A stretch of 63,980 nt of DNA, counting the filler, from Intoshia linei (Eukaryota; Animalia; Orthonectida): NCBI GenBank assembly GCA_001642005.1. It is 7 parts of 7 records of this genome, joined end to end, with 100 filler letters (N's around TTAATTAATTAA, not from the genome) between each part and the next. Parts side by side here need not be neighbours in the genome. Positions count along the whole stretch, not along the records: positions 1 to 4,809 come from LWCA01001870.1; positions 4,910 to 10,634 come from LWCA01001774.1; positions 10,735 to 35,643 come from LWCA01000513.1; 4 more parts are not named here. One strand, given 5' to 3'. Below, piece after piece: positions 1 to 12,779 of this stretch. The notes under the pieces were generated by a model. The model saw nothing but the letters and a program-made list of their open reading frames with translations, ran no database searches and was not told where the DNA came from. The translations under genes and the position numbers were made by a program. The number at the start of each line of letters is the position of its first letter. Positions within the stretch are counted from its first letter, which is position 1.

Positions 1-4
1 TTTT

Positions 5-156
5 TTAATTTTTATTCTAGCTGTCTTAGTTCGATTTTTATCAACGATTGAATTTTCAATACAAAATTTTTTTCACTTTACATTTATGCCCTAAATTTAA
101 GAAATTGAATCGTTGATAAAAATCAAAATAAGACAGCTAGAATGAACATTAAATAA
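5..156. repeat. Imperfect inverted repeat (foldback/MITE-like)
   Basis: 12-56 (ttattctagctgtcttagttcgatttttatcaacgattgaattt) is a near reverse complement of ~103-146 (aaattgaatcgttgataaaaatcaaaataagacagctagaatga). Confidence 0.6.
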
Positions 157-404
157 CTAATATGTTTAGTTATAAACGGTGATTAACATAAACATTAACA
201 TAATACTCTGTAAACCATGAAAATTCACTATAACACTGTTTTTAAAAAAAATAATGTTATATTTTAATTTTACTATAAGATTTGTAATGGTTTATTTAAA
301 ATGTTAAACGCACAGCGAGTAGATATCTTTGTCAAATAAAATTGTATATTAATTGTTTTTCCTTAAAATACACCATTTGCACGCTAACCATCCTTGATTA
401 TTTG

Positions 405-715
405 ATGGCTGTGACACCCTAATGTACAAACAACCTAGCTCTACCGAGAGCACATTTTTATTCTACCAAAAAAATAAATTTACGTTGAAAATCTAACTTA
501 AAACTCTTACTATTCACTATTATCAATCATTTAAAGGAGTGGTTCTCAAACTTGTTTCAGGTGGAACTGTCACATCACATTACTTTTTACTTTAAAGTGA
601 ACTATTTCATCTTAATTTTTTGTTAGTTAACATTTGCGTAAAGAATTTTAAAACAATGGTTATACCATTTTTTTAATTTATTAGACAGAATAACTATAAT
701 ATTAAAAATACATGA
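405..715 (-). mobile_element. 3' portion of non-autonomous Helitron-like repeat
   Basis: Reverse complement matches the copy at ~60300-60590 (tgtgctctcggtagagctag...tttgtac). Confidence 0.65.
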
Positions 716-719
716 AGAT

Positions 720-890
720 ATAACACCACACCAATACGCAATCCTTTTAAATTGCCAGTCAACATCTATTAGCGTTGAAAGAAGTTTCTCTATTTTACAC
801 AAAATCAAATCCAAAGGTAGAAACTTCAAACCTAAAAATTTGGGTGAATACGTGATGCTTAAATATAACCTGGATAATGAAATAATATAA
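720..890 (+). pseudogene. hAT-like transposase C-terminal (dimerisation) remnant
   Basis: + frame reads AILLNCQSTSISVERSFSILHKIKSKGRNFKPKNLGEYVMLKYN; SxSVERSFS motif. Confidence 0.65.
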
Positions 891-1589
891 AAAATTATAA
901 TGTAATATATATTTTTTACACATCTTTTTTATTTCATTAACTAAAAAACCAATATTTAAGACATTTACTTTATTTATTTTTTATTTCCTCTAGTTTCTAA
1001 AGTTTGATTTATGCAATATCTAATATTTTTCGACTTAAATACTCAAATTTTCTTCTTTTTATTTCCCTAATTTGCCAGTGTATCATAATTAGGGCACGTT
1101 TTTTAATAAACCATGGAAATTAAAAAAATAACGTCTAATTTTTGATAGCTTTAACTTTTAGAAAATTTTTTATATGCACTGCACTCCTGGAGCAACAAAG
1201 TTTTCTCAATTTTTGTGGTAGCAAACAGTTTACAATTTCCTTAATATTATATTATCTATATCACTTTCTATGTTAAGACTAACTGTATTTATTGTTTTGA
1301 AAAGTTGTCAAATTCACATAGTCATTATTGATACATTCGTGTACCTTACATTTTGAATAAAAAAAATTTTAAAAATAACTATCAAAAAAATAAATTGTTA
1401 ACTTTTTTTACAAACGTTAAATAAAAAATGACTAAAATTTTAATTAGCCAATTAATAAGCATAATATTCATATCATCATGCTAATTAACATACAATTATA
1501 TAAAATTGTATAAAAAATTAACTTTTACTTGCACTGATCATAATTTATTTAATTTTATTGCACTAATAAAAAATTTAAAATTTACAAGA

Positions 1590-3339
1590 GTGAAAAGAAC
1601 ACGATCTGGCAGCACTGTATTGTTTGCTATACACATGTACTGGGTTGTCTTGTTATAATCAATTTAATTGTCAATTTTTGGTGACCCTAGTCTTCAGCCA
1701 CAAAATTACCATTACATTTTCAAGAGGGTACACAAGTTAGAAAATGTATGCAAATGCCAGCATACGTGGAAAAAATATTTTATCAGTTAAATTAATAACT
1801 GAAACGACCAAATAATGTCAAAATTAATGAGATATTTACTGCGAATGACTTGCAGGCAAATGCTGAGCAAGAAATTGCTAAATTTTTTTATAGTTCTGGT
1901 ATTTCATTTCACTGTGTTCAAAACAAATAATTTCTATGTGTAAGGGCAGTATATAAAGAGGTACCTTCATTTAACCACCAAGTAAGCATTTTTTATGAAC
2001 CTCTCTTCTCGATGTACAGTATAACCAAATAAAAAAAATGTTGATAGTATTTTTAATGTTGCTCTGGATTATGGGGTCACATTAACGACAGATGGATGGA
2101 AAGATGTTTCTGGCAATTCAATACTCAATTTTATCATTCTCACAGCAGATGGACCTATATTTGACAGTATAGATGATATTAAATGTTTCTTGAAAAATTT
2201 AATTATCTTAAATAAAAAATAAAATAATGACTGTAATAAACAAATTAGGATCTGAAAATGTCGTTCAAATAATAACAGCCAGTGCAGCAGCTAATATAAA
2301 AGCATGTGCATTGATACGTAATGATTACCATCAGATATATCATACAAGATGTGCATCTCATTGTCTTGATCTATTTATAGAGGACTGGTCAAAATTATAT
2401 AGTATGTTTACTGAAGATTCCTTGATAATTGTCAATTTTTTCAATAATAACAATATTCCACTGGAATTATTAAACAAATCTCACACTAAAGTGTGATTGA
2501 AACCGAACATAACGAGATTTGCCACGAATTATATAATGATAAACATAATATTGGAAATGAAATGTACGCTGGTAAATATTATAAGTGGATATGATCTCCA
2601 ACAATGGGTATCTTCGAAGTTGAATATTCGTAAATTTCAAATTACTAAAGAAAAATTAACATCTCCAACATTTTGGAACAGTGTAACTGAATATATCCAT
2701 CTTGTGAACCTATTTATGATTTAATAAAAGTGGTCTATTCTAATGAACAATCCTTATCTATATTATACCACAAAATGATAAACATTAAACAAAATATTGA
2801 TCAATTAAATGTTTTATTTAATGAAATAAAGAATCATTATAATTATCGTTGGGATATGATTTATTCCGATTTACATGGTACGGCATATATACTTGATTCC
2901 TTATTTTTTACGAAAAGTCAGCACACTGCTGTTAAAGCTATGTATGGATTTTGGAATACTGTTGAAAAATTATGCCCTAATGATGTGCAAGATATAATTG
3001 AAGAAATTTCCCGATTATCGAGATAAAAAAGGCATGTTTGGTCGACAATTTATAATATCATCCATAGGGACTATTCCTGCACATCAATGGTGGAAAAATT
3101 TTGGAGCTCAAGTTCCAGCTCTTCAAAAAATGGTAATTCAAATATTAAGTCAGCCATCAAGTAGTGGAACTGCAGAAAGAAATTTGAGTTTGTGGGATTT
3201 CATCGAAAATAAAAAAAGAAATCAAATGAAACCAGAAACATTAAATAAATTAGTTTTCATTCATGCAAATGGTAGACTACATGACAAATTGACTACTTCT
3301 AAATTTAATATAAATTATAAATACAAATTTGAAAAATGA
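1590..3339 (+). mobile_element. Degenerate hAT transposase (DUF659 plus hAT dimerisation domain) with stops and frameshifts
   Basis: LTTDGWKD, ENVVQIIT, CASHCLDL, TRFATNY, HQWWKNFG...LSQPSSSGTAERNLS spread over ORFs 2227, 2497, 2730 and 2998. Confidence 0.9.
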
Positions 3340-3559
3340 ATTTTTAAAACATTGTATCATTAAATTTAATGAGCAGATATCAACCTCAACACGTCGAAAT
3401 CTAGTTTGATAAGACAAATTCCATGGATTTAATAAAGGATCCTAGTTTCTGTCAAGAAAAAAAAACCAGATATGAATGATTGAAATTAACTCATCTTTAA
3501 AATATTTAATATCATTTTAACTAATTTAAGTCTTATATCAAGGAAAAGATAAATGCAAT

Positions 3560-3800
3560 GGATCGTATAACATAATAAAAAATCTATTGTCACAATACCA
3601 TAAAATAGGATGCCTTATGAGCTTCAAAGTCCATTTGTTACAATGTCATTTAAATTACCAAATATACATCTTCATTCTGATGAACATGGGGAACGTTTCC
3701 ATCAAACTTTAAAAAAATTTTAATAAAGATTCACCGGAAAAAATATGATATCAATGATTAAAGATGTGTGGTACACAGAAAACACCAAATTGTCATAAAT
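3560..3800 (+). pseudogene. DNA transposase C-terminal remnant (Chapaev/CMC-like)
   Basis: Frameshifted KIGCLMSFKVHLLQCHLN...SDEHGERFHQ, resembling the MSLKxHFLxSHL...SDEHGERFHQ transposase motif. Confidence 0.5.
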
Positions 3801-3967
3801 AAATTTTCTTAAATATAAATGTACTTATTTTTAACGCTTTATAGATTTTTTTTGAGATCTCACCAGATTTTCATTCCTAATACAGTATAACTACACATTT
3901 TGGAGTACATGTTAATTATCAAAATTAAATTAACATCAACTTGAATATAACTAAATTCTATATATTA

Positions 3968-4730
3968 CAGTCAGACCTGTATATATTGAACACTAACATA
4001 GAAACAATAACGATGTTCATTATAGAGTTTATAGTAAATTTTTTATTATCCTTAAAATGCTGATTTTTCCACTTGACGAGTCATAACAAAGTTTGATCGA
4101 ATCAAAATATTTTTAAAAATAGTATATTACTACAACTGAATATTCACGAAAATACTAAGTAAAATTAATAATTTTAATTCAAATTATATTCAATGTTTTA
4201 AATTTTTTTTAATGTAGAAAAATAATCAGTTATTTTAGCTTGTCTTGACAATTTTTCCAATATTATATCATTTATCACTTTAAGTATATTATTAATTCTA
4301 TTCGGATAATTTTCAATGTACCATTGTTGCAACTTTTTAGAAATACATAGAGCTTCGTAAGTATGTATTGTCGTTTGAATGGGAGTCTGAGTCATTTTGA
4401 AGCCTTAAAATCTTCAATTTTAGAGCCATTTTTTTAATCATTTCGTCAGATAAAATAAAATGTTTCAACCTTTTAAATTCAATCTATTCAAATAGTTTTT
4501 CATCTATTTTAGAGGTTTAAAAGCAGCTTTTATTACGGATTATTTTATCATCTTGAATGAGAATATTGTGTGAATTTTTAATTATTCCATTAATGTAGCC
4601 CAGAGATTTAAATTTAATTTCTTAGCCATATCTCGTTGGCTATGTTTTATTTTCCTCATGAAACAATGATTTGTTTTTTTTTCCAATTAACAAATTTTTA
4701 CGCTTTTCATCGTTCATCATATAATGTAAA
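3968..4730 (-). mobile_element. Internally deleted Tigger/pogo element
   Basis: TA|CAGTCAGACCTGTATATATTGAAC terminus at 3968; C-terminal RQAKITDYF (ORF 4198-4395); HTH-like SQRDMAKKFN near 4640. Confidence 0.6.
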
Positions 4731-4809
4731 AATAAAGTGCAAATCATATTAATTTATTCAAATTACAATGAGATTATACAAAAATAGAATATTACCTTCA
4801 TTTTGAAAG

Positions 4810-4909
4810 NNNNNNNNNNNNNNNNNNNNNNNNNNNNNNNNNNNNNNNNNNNNTTAATTAATTAANNNNNNNNNNNNNNNNNNNNNNNNNNNNNNNNNNN
4901 NNNNNNNNN
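4810..4909. other. Assembly gap spacer (also 10635-10734, 35644-35743, 52796-52895, 58445-58544, 62212-62311)
   Basis: N44-TTAATTAATTAA-N44, an artificial all-frame-stop linker. Confidence 0.97.
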
Positions 4910-5616
4910 AATGAATCATTTTTAGAAAAAATTATCACAGGAGATGAAAAATGGGTATTATGGAATTATACAAAATTGAAAAAACAATGGCTTTCACCAA
5001 ATAAATTCCCATTATGTACCCCAAAACCCAATTTACACTGTAAAAAGATTATGCTATGCATTTGGTGGTATATCATGAATTTCTAAAAAACAAAAAAACC
5101 ATTAATTCTGATAAATATTGTGAACAATTAGAAAAGTTAAATCACAATATTTACCTGAAAAGACCACTAAAGTTTCATAAAGGCAATATTATTTTACAAG
5201 ACAATGTTAGACCTCACACTTCTAAAAAAATTTCTCAGCTTCTAAAGGAGTTAAAATTTGAAGTATTACCACATCCACCGTATTCACCAGACTTAGCACC
5301 ATCTGATTATTACCTATTTAAAACTATGAGTAACCATTACTATGGTAAAAAATACACTTCAAATGAAGGGTTAAAATTGGACATAGAAAAGTTTTTGTCC
5401 AATAAAGAAGCGAGTTTTTATGCTAATGGTATAAATAGACTACCGGAACGTTGGAAAAAGACTGTGGAAAGCAATGGTGAATATTTTATAATATAACTTT
5501 ATTTTTAATNACTGTGGAAAGCAATGGTGAATATTTTATAATATAACTTTATTTTTAATGTAATCAAATAAACTTTTTAATTTTGTTAAAAAAACATTAC
5601 TTATGAAACGACCTAA
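4910..5616 (+). mobile_element. Mariner (DD34D) transposon, 5'-truncated by gap, frameshifted
   Basis: IITGDEKWV, QDNVRPH, HPPYSPDLAPSDYYLF; right TIR ...cattacttatgaaacgacctaa followed by TA. Confidence 0.92.
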
Positions 5617-6125
5617 TAGTATGAGATCTCATGAGGAAAACCCAATTTTACCAAAAATTAATATTTTCAAAATAAATTAATAAATAAAATTGTTCAGAAG
5701 GCCGCACTTTCCCCACCTCTGACCTAGACGTTGTAACTTTTGAGACAAATGACTACTTTATTTAACATGTATTTAAAAATGGAATTTTATTGATATTCAA
5801 ATAATGTACAATTTTATAAAATCATTTAAAAAATGATAGGTAATAGATTGATTTTATTAACAGAATCTCGTTATAATTCACAATATGCACAAGTTTTTCC
5901 TTATGTTTTTTTGGAAATATGTTGACGGAATAGTATTGTATAAACTCACACCTTGTTTGTGATTATATGGTTTCATATTTACCCTATAATTTTTGGTTAT
6001 TTTCCATCTTCTAAAAACCCACATTTTACGTTGATTATAAAAAGACCCATTGAATCACCAAATAGCTTGGAAAATTTCCCGTCTATTGAACATATCAGTG
6101 CATGGACTAATTTATAATTTTAGAT

Positions 6126-9100
6126 GAATTAAAAATAATATTAAATGATTTAAATCTGAAACAATATTCATATATATCTCAAATACTTAATGTGAACAAC
6201 TTGTCTGATTTCTTTGAATCAATATTACTCAAAAGAAACGACGACAAAATAATATTCAACAACATTGTCGAGTTGATTATATCTATTACCAAATGTTTAC
6301 TAACCAATAATGTACATATTGATAATTTTGAAAATGTTTTGGAGGCAGTTTGTACCGGTGAAATTAGACATGTTGTAAATTTGGACGTTTTTAATGTTCA
6401 TCTATTTTCTGATTTTACTAATCATTTCATTAACCTGTTTAATAATGCTATTCAATCTTATAAATGTTCTGTAAATTGTACTGGACAATTTGGAAATTAT
6501 TTAAACAATTATTTACTTAACCCAAACTCTCGAATTTTTATTTTTTATAGATATCCCCAAAAACATGATTTATCAATTAATCACCTTGTAGATAAAATTA
6601 TACCCATTAAATTGTATAAATTGAAGGACACTGAAGCATTTAAATTTCTAAAAAATTTGGAAAATTGGGATATATTGTTTGAATCATGTGTACACGCTGA
6701 AATATGTAATAAATTCTTGGAAGAATCAAATTTGAATTTTTTGTACAAAGGAAATGTTGATTTGGTTTTATACCCTAAATTAAAGATTGATAGTTTCATT
6801 AAAACAAAAGTAACAATAACCAGTGTAATTGATGAATCTTTAATGTGGGTTCAATCTGATTTAAATTACCGTCAAAAAAATGAAAAAATTTCAGATACCT
6901 TGAAGTTTAACATTGAGTGGTTTAAACCTGTTGCAAGTAATTTGTTGTATTTAAACGAAGGAAAAGTATATGGCCACATTCCGTTGCATGGAACAGCTAA
7001 TATTGTAATTTTGTTATATTACCGTTCTGATTTAACCACTTTTATTGATATTGTCACCGGAAGACAAATCCGTGTTGAGTTGGAAAATTTATATTACTTG
7101 AAAGAAAGAGTGATTAACAATTTGGAGATTACTCCAGCAATAATGATTCGCCTGAGTAAAGCAGAACCTTTCATTAAAAATCAGTACCTTATAAACGACC
7201 TTGTCGAAATTATTTACAATTTATACGCCAACCATCCAAGTGTGATAACTGACAAAATTGTTTATTTTCTTTTAATGCCCATTGTTTGGACTAAGACCAA
7301 AAACATTAATCATCTAATGCAAATATTTAAAAGCATTTTACATTATAAAAAATCAACACATGTTAATGTTGACATTATTATTAATAAAATTATGGAGTTG
7401 ATGCTTGGTTTGATTGAATCGTTCATAATTATCCAAGAAGTTGTTCCAAATGTATATTTGCAATTTTTGTTCAATCTGCAGAGAGGTATTAATCCAGATA
7501 AATATTCATCATGTTTAAAGAAATGTGTTGAACGAATAAATGTCAGAGAATTGTGTCAAAACTTTAAAGATGAAACTGTAATTAAAAATTTTACGAATCT
7601 TGTGCGTGATATTTTGTCAGTAAAAATATGTCATCAAGAATATGACATTACTCAATACAACGAAAAATGTAGAGTTACAAATTTGCGAATTTTTGATAAT
7701 GGTACTTTTATTCAGGATGATGGACATTATTGTATTCAAAATATGCCAAATCGAAATGAAGCGGTTGATTTTATGTATGTCACTGAGAATAACAATAAAT
7801 TGAAAAATTATACTTCAAGTAACCTCTTGGAGGTTTGTGGGTATCAATGTATGGAATTTAAAAATACACGTACACAATTAGATGATAAAATTACAATTCG
7901 TTTTGATGGGAAGAAAGAATCTTATTGCTTTCAAAATTCTAGTTTTCCGGTTGACGTTAGATATTTAAATAATGATAAAGTGTGTATGAATGGGGTGACA
8001 AAAAAATTTGATAATATGAACATGAATTTTGAAGATTATAAAAATTCAAATATTTTAACAAATAATGATAATAGAGAATTAACTTTTTACGAGAGATTTC
8101 ATCCTTGTCAGCCTGATCATGTTGGAAATTTTCACCAAACAATAACTGTCAATAGGGATTCATATGAGAGACAAAATAAAAAATTTTGTCAAGGAAATAC
8201 AAAAAATAATATAGGGATTACGCATCAAAGTAGAGCTATTGAAAAGGAAAATTCGTACCAAAGAAGTAATGTAAATAATAATTACAGACTAAAAAATAAT
8301 AGAAATATTCAGCAAAATTTTCAAAATAATTCTCCTCAAAATAATAATTACAATAGAGGAAACAGAGACAATGTACCTAATAGAAATTCACAACAAAAAT
8401 TTGGAAATAATTCTCCACAAAATGATAATTATAATAGAGAAAACAGAAACAATGTATATAATAGAAATTCACAACACAAATTTGAAAATAATAACCGACA
8501 ATATGATCACTCTATTAGAGGAAATAGAAATAATGTATATAATCATAATAATAGAAATTCACAACAAAAATTGAAAAATGATTATTCTAATAAAGAAAAC
8601 AGAAATAATAAAAATTCACATCCAAAATTTGAAAATAATAATTACAATTCACATGAAAAAAACGAATCTTTGCAAAATGGAAATAATTATAAACAAAAAT
8701 TTGACAATGAAAAGTACAGAAACAATACAAGGACTTATTCATCGAAACAGAAACGGTTTGAACGTATAGATATATCTAAAGATGTGTGTTTGTTTGAAAA
8801 CAAGCAATTTCAACTTGACGAGGTTGTTGACTTTTCAAATGCCGGTATTTGTTTATTTCTCAACAAGAAAACAATATTTGATTATAACATTGCTGAAATT
8901 CAAAAACATTTATGTGCTTTGTTAAATACTGGTGGAGGTAGATTGTATTTTGGATTTGAACATTGCGATGACAATACAGCTATTGCCAAAGGTGTAAGCC
9001 TAAAAAAAGAATTTCGTGATGCGATACGGGTACAAATTGATAGATTTTATTCAGGAATTTATCCTAAACCAATGCCAAATAGTATCAACCTGTTTATCTA

Positions 9101-9228
9101 TGATATTATTGTACACAATAGTCGAGTGTTCCAGGGAATGGTTATTATTGGTAATTTTTATGTATTTCAAAAAAATCGGACCTACTTTTGAAACAGGTGA
9201 TATAGGGGTCAGAATATACTGGAATTGA
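6126..9228 (+). CDS. ~1000-aa protein: extended Tudor-like domain, helical region, N/Q-rich repeats, C-terminal Schlafen/AlbA_2 domain (5' exons unresolved)
   Basis: Large open exon 6124-9150. Tudor-like VTITSVIDESLMWVQ...FIDIVTG...LENLYYL...PAIMIRL; AlbA_2-like IQKHLCALLNTGGGRLYFG...AKGV. Probable intron 9151-9196 and last exon to 9228. Confidence 0.75.
8298..8650 (+). repeat. Coding tandem repeat, 81-nt (27-aa) period, ~3.5-4 copies
   Basis: NRNIQQNFQNNSPQNNNYNRGNRDNVP / NRNSQQKFGNNSPQNDNYNRENRNNVY / NRNSQHKFENNNRQYDHSIRGNRNNVY. Confidence 0.85.
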
Positions 9229-10449
9229 TTTTGTTCTATTCAAAGTATAAAGTTAGAATCTTAGAATTAGAATTTTTTCGAATCCGCGATATTTTTTACT
9301 TGTGATGTGCTTAAAAAATCTTAGGTTCTTTATTTCTTTGACAGAATTGGCAGTCCTAGGTTTGATTATTATATTTTTTAATGTTGCCTAATAATTTATC
9401 TTTAATGGTCCGCAATAAATTTTATAATTTATTACCTGTCCACCGTGAAAAAAGTGGGAACTCTTTTAATTATGTTATATATATTATACCATTTTAATTA
9501 TACAGTTTATAACTTAAACATTTAGAAATATTAATATTGGACAACGGTTACAAAGGAAAATTTAAAGTGAACGACGTTATTTATAATGTTATCAACAACA
9601 AAGTTGTATTTGATCAATAAATTATTTAAATATACCGTTAAATATTACGAAACATTAAATTTTAGCCCAACTTCCAACAATGTTTCACCTTATCGCGTTT
9701 ACAATAACAATATTTTTTTGAAACTTTACACCGTTAATAACGGTAAATACGTCGTACAATTTACTTATATAAATTAGAATAGTTACAAATGTATGTTTAT
9801 TGTAATGTATGTCTGTTTATTTGTTCCAGTTTACTTAAAGTAAGGGAGTAAAGTTTTACAAATTCCATATTCTTATAACCGTTTTTCCAGAGTGTTGTTT
9901 TATCGCAAATTTCAATTTCAGAAATTAAGTCCTTCCAACTTAAAAACACAAATTTTTATTTAATTTAAATGTTAGCAATGCTGAACATTGAATCTGTTTG
10001 TTTAGTTTTATTTCAATATCCAACATTATTTTAATAAAATTATAGTTTTAGTTATTTAATTTAAATTAATTAATTATTTTTTTAATTTAATATTTTCAAA
10101 AAATTACATTTCAATTAAAAAATAGGTTTACTATATAGTAAATCAGTAAATAGAATAAAATATAAATACAATTTTTTGTAAGCGTAATATACAGATTCCC
10201 TTTTTTTAAATAAATGTATTATCCCTTTGCATTATTAAACCTCCTCTTTTGCGATTTAGAAGCATTTTAAATTTAACATGATTTAAAACTTGAGTACATA
10301 AAATCGTAACTAATTTTGAAAAATGTTTTTAAAACTAGATTGCAAAGGGATTGGCGCGTTATATAATAAAATGTTAATATTTCTACATTAAAGTAATAAT
10401 CATTTAGCGAATATAGAATTGGCAGTTATAAAATTGTGGAGAGAATACT

Positions 10450-10565
10450 ATATTTGAAAAAATTAATACATTGAACACATCAATGCAAGGTCCAATTACT
10501 AATTTTATCGTTGTCAGAGACAAACTCAATGCATTAATTAAAAAAATGGATATGTGGATATGGGT
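10450..10565 (+). pseudogene. Buster/ZBED5-type hAT transposase fragment
   Basis: IFEKINTLNTSMQGPITNFIVVRDKLNALIKKMDMW resembles the DIFxxLNxLNxSLQG...DKI...KLxLW motif. Confidence 0.55.
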
Positions 10566-10981
10566 GTCACATCCATTGTGTACTTGTAATTTTTCACTTT
10601 CTTAATAAAGTGAAGTTTTAATAAATTTATATTTNNNNNNNNNNNNNNNNNNNNNNNNNNNNNNNNNNNNNNNNNNNNTTAATTAATTAANNNNNNNNNN
10701 NNNNNNNNNNNNNNNNNNNNNNNNNNNNNNNNNNCATATTTCTTAAGATATCAAAAAAACAATTATTAATTGCTTTTTTTATTGTATTCCGTATCAACTC
10801 TACTGTTAAAAAAATATCGATTGTCTTTATGGGGCGATAATTTTATTTTTGTTGAAAAATGGGCGATTCTCCAAAAAAGGTTAAGAACCACTGACATACA
10901 TTATACATGTAGTTATAAATTATAATTTATATAATTTTTGTGCTATCTGCAAAATAATTAAAGATAAAACCAATTACTTAG

Positions 10982-12764
10982 TATGACATGCTTGGTAGTT
11001 CCTTTTTTTCCATTGTGCATAAAGACGACCATTCACTATTAAAGCATCAAATAACCGACGAAAAAAATGTTCCTTTGGCGCGTAATAATTATTTAAATAC
11101 TTTTAAAAGTATGCTAGGTGGAGATAGGCGTGAATTTTTTTTGCGTATTTTGGATTCTAAGAATAAACAATATCCATGGTATCAATTTTGTCACGTAAAT
11201 GGTTTTGTCCGTAAAATCCCCCTTAATTCAAATGGTAATTTTCGTAATATATCGATTAATATAAAATCTGAAGAAAACGATAAATGTGAAAATTGTTACA
11301 TTTTCATACTTCGAGGGTTGATTAATTTAACAACTTCAATGATTTATACACCTTTCATGGAATCATCTCGATGTCAATGGTACTGCAGACATTCTGTCGA
11401 TGGCAGAATACTTCAAACAGACTCAAAGTATTTTTTTAATATTTACATATAAAAAGATACTTTTGTATTATTAACAATAAATAAATATGTAAATTAAAAT
11501 ATTTACGTAGATATCTATATTTCAAAACAATTTAGAATAAATTGGATAAGTGGATTCATGAGCAATGAAGTTCTAAATTCATCTCCTTATTTTTTCCTAC
11601 ACCATCTTGATATTGATTTTTTAATTGGAATTCATAATACTTGTAATTTTTTTTATTTTCTTAATTACATTTAGTTCTAATTACTGGTTGTGCTCCGAAA
11701 TTTGTTACACGATTTTATGATAAATCATTAAAGATTTTGTACGTTCTCACTGAACTGAAGTATATTGACGCGGGGCAATCCTACCAAATCATATCTATGA
11801 ATCAATTATTAAGGTAAATATTATTACATATACACATGTAATTATAATATATTTACATGTAAATTATACATCTTTACTTGGCAGTGTCTATTTTTAAAAA
11901 ATGTACTACAAAAAATTACCGTAAAAACCATTTTTAGAATACAGTGAAAAATTTTTTATACCACCCGCTAAAAAGAATAGTAAAATTTCTAATTATTTTT
12001 GAAACTTTTAATGGAAAATTTCTTTAAACATTAATTAAAGTGGTAAATGTTATTCCTGGATTATAGACTCTTATGATTCATAGTCTGTTTCATCAGTTTT
12101 GAGAAAAATATACATGCCAAGTAAAAACATAAAGGCGTTAATACTGATCGATATATAATTTAGTGTTAATGAAGGAACTTACATGTGGGAAAAACAACAG
12201 AGATGCATAAACAGATATAATTCAAGCAAAATAAATAACAATAGTAAATTTGTCAAAAATAGTGTTTTTTTGAGAGATAACATTCTCACAGTTATAACAA
12301 ATCAGCGTGAATATCAAATGAAAGTACATGGACATTGTCCCTATATTAAACTAAAATACACTGAACCAACATTTTTAACTTCAGATTGCACATCAAACAT
12401 ATTACCTTCATCCGTTCCAATGAAGAGTGAATTAAAATTCTCAACAAGAAAAAACTATCAGTTGCCTTTTACGAGTGATTACAAAGAAAAAGAAAACAAA
12501 GATTTTGAAAATAAATGGGCAAAGTATTATACATCAAAACATCTTTTGACCCTAAAAAACATACAGAAAAAATTAGTTACACATTTAGTCGAAACGTCAA
12601 ACGTGTACCCTTCAAACTGTAATTTTTTGTCTAATATTTGCACACAGTCAGATAACAACAAAAGCATTTGTAATCTTCTATTCCGCCAAATCGATAAAAA
12701 CATTGAAAAACCTCTTGTCGATAGCCGTATTCAATGCAGCAAATCTGTATCAAATAAACAGTAA
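10982..12764 (+). CDS. PAS-domain protein, probable bHLH-PAS transcription factor, 5'-truncated; exons ~10982-11428, 11536-11642, 11675-11812, 12164-12764
   Basis: PAS-A end MLGSSFFSIVHKDDH...EFFLRI; PAS-B WYCRHSVDGRILQTD...SGFMSNEVLNSSPYFFLHHLD; GT-AG introns. Confidence 0.8.
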
Positions 12765-12779
12765 ATAAACCATATAATT

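Noticed and set aside
4854-4865. TTAATTAATTAA palindrome repeated six times in the window
   Set aside because: Always centred in an N-run; artificial linker, not biology
5461-5558. ~49-bp tandem duplication at the mariner 3' end
   Set aside because: Copies are separated by a single N, typical of an unmerged contig overlap
8298-8650. CRISPR-like periodic repeat
   Set aside because: In-frame coding repeat without unique spacers, in a eukaryotic gene; no cas genes
8780-9150. Bacterial contamination or phage-defence AlbA_2 gene
   Set aside because: Composition matches the host, flanks are eukaryotic TEs, splice sites border the exon, and the domain is fused to a Tudor-like region
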